NCBI RefSeq assembly: GCF_051954055.1 | Contig: NZ_JBQCIE010000092.1 | Coordinates: 152,686-216,685 of the forward strand | DNA length: 64,000 nt | Direction: 5' to 3' | Source of the DNA: Humibacter sp. | GTDB taxonomy: Bacteria; Actinomycetota; Actinomycetes; Actinomycetales; Microbacteriaceae | Shown here: in pieces, positions 63,150-64,000 of the stretch | Position numbering within the stretch: position 1 is the stretch's first letter | Layout of the letters: every line of letters starts with the position of its first letter | The notes under the pieces: generated by a model | The model's input: the letters and a program-made list of their open reading frames with translations, nothing else | Database searches by the model: none | What the model was told of the DNA's origin: nothing | Program-made: the position numbers and the translations under genes

Positions 63150-64000
63150 ATGACGGCGGAGGATCAGGCAATGCACGACAGCGCCGATCGGGCATCCGCC
63201 GTCGCCTCCACCGCCGACACGGCCGCCGTCGTGCGGCGCGCGCGGCTGAAGCGGAGCGATCCGAACGGGCCGGGCATCCATCGCGTGAACGCGGACCCGC
63301 CTCGATTCGTGGATGCCAGAGGACGCCACCTCACCGATCGGCACCAGTTGGACCGCATCCTCGCGCTCGCGATCCCACCGGCGTGGCAGGAGGTGTGGAT
63401 CAGCACGGACGAGCGCGGACACATCCAAGCCGTCGGCACCGACGATGCGGGACGCCGTCAGTACCTCTACCACGAGGACTGGCGCAAGCAGCGCGATGCC
63501 GCCAAGTTCGACCGCGCCCTCCTGCTCGCCCGCGCGCTCCCTGCCGCGCGCCGCGCAGTCACTCGCGACCTGAAGCGCGAGGGGTTCGGCCATGAACGTG
63601 CGCTGGCCGCCGCGTTCCGGGTGATCGACCGCGTGTCGCTCCGCATCGGCAGCGAGGAGTACCTGCGCCGCTACGGCAGCCGCGGCCTCACCACGCTGCA
63701 GTGCCGCGACGTGGTCGTGCAGGACGACGAGATCGCGCTGCACTTCCCCTCCAAGAGCGGTCAGCGATTCGAATCGCGGGTGGTGGACGCCGAACTCGCC
63801 CGCTTTCTCGGCGACGTCATCCGGGCGCGCCGCCCCACGGGCAGGGCGATCGCCTGGCGCACCTCCGGCTGGCACGCGCTCACCACCGGAGAGGTCAACG
63901 ACTACATCCGTCTGCGCACCGGAGTGGATGCCACCGCCAAGGACTTCCGCACCCTGCGCGGCACGATCGTCGCGGCTTCGGCCCTCGCCGAGGTCGGCCC
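63150..64000 (+). CDS. DNA topoisomerase IB (bacterial/poxvirus-type), 3'-truncated by window edge
   Basis: Absent from the ORF track because there is no stop in the window. My own translation from ATG 63150 gives ...IPPAWQEVWISTDERGHIQAVGTDDAGRRQYLYHEDW...RIGSEEY...LHFPSKSGQ...TAKDFRTLRGT, the TopIB blocks. Confidence 0.85.
   Translation, partial: MTAEDQAMHDSADRASAVASTADTAAVVRRARLKRSDPNGPGIHRVNADPPRFVDARGRHLTDRHQLDRILALAIPPAWQEVWISTDERGHIQAVGTDDAGRRQYLYHEDWRKQRDAAKFDRALLLARALPAARRAVTRDLKREGFGHERALAAAFRVIDRVSLRIGSEEYLRRYGSRGLTTLQCRDVVVQDDEIALHFPSKSGQRFESRVVDAELARFLGDVIRARRPTGRAIAWRTSGWHALTTGEVNDYIRLRTGVDATAKDFRTLRGTIVAASALAEVG

Overview
This is a 64-kb, very GC-rich, densely coding chromosomal segment from an actinobacterium. 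Gene content and synteny look Micrococcales/Microbacteriaceae-like, but that is inference only. I call about 70 protein genes, tRNA-Leu(UAG), an initiator tRNA-Met and tmRNA. Left to right: (1) GH38 mannosidase, ROK regulator and BadF-type kinase. (2) The trans-translation/division block: ssrA, clpS-DUF2017, smpB-ftsX-ftsE-prfB. (3) An MFS transporter and a beta-helix surface protein. (4) A complete Gram-positive Tad/Flp pilus operon: tadA-tadB-tadC, a flp-like gene and three TadE/G-like genes. (5) Housekeeping genes: dedA, CDF, rdgB, rph, murI, pncB, DUF3039. (6) An ABC exporter. (7) A teichoic-acid-like wall-glycopolymer locus split into two parts (27.7-35.1 kb and 41.8-45.1 kb) by an htrA operon, an aminotransferase, a nitrilase-family gene, tRNA-fMet and a P19-like gene. 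(8) Two paralogous OmpR/HK two-component systems. (9) Envelope enzymes: PAP2, GT-C, GH27, acyltransferase_3. (10) A ferric-reductase / FMN_bind / ApbE flavinylation module. (11) A Zn-ADH, scoAB, prpB and the 5' part of a type IB topoisomerase. I saw no CRISPR array, transposase, integrase, reverse transcriptase or recognisable defence system, so the window looks mostly core. The observations most worth a second look are these: the flavinylation/electron-transfer module whose ApbE has no export signal; a family of palindromic intergenic repeats whose stems co-vary; a 20-nt duplicate of the tRNA-fMet 3' end (att-like scar); ABC ATPases (including FtsE) with ~240-320-aa disordered extensions; a CDP-alcohol phosphotransferase with His replacing the last signature Asp; a PAP2 paralog that has lost all catalytic residues; and a ~530-bp ORF-free leader region. 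Gene starts were refined from the ORF track using 4-nt stop/start overlaps and SD-like motifs. All family assignments come from motif recognition by eye, not from searches.
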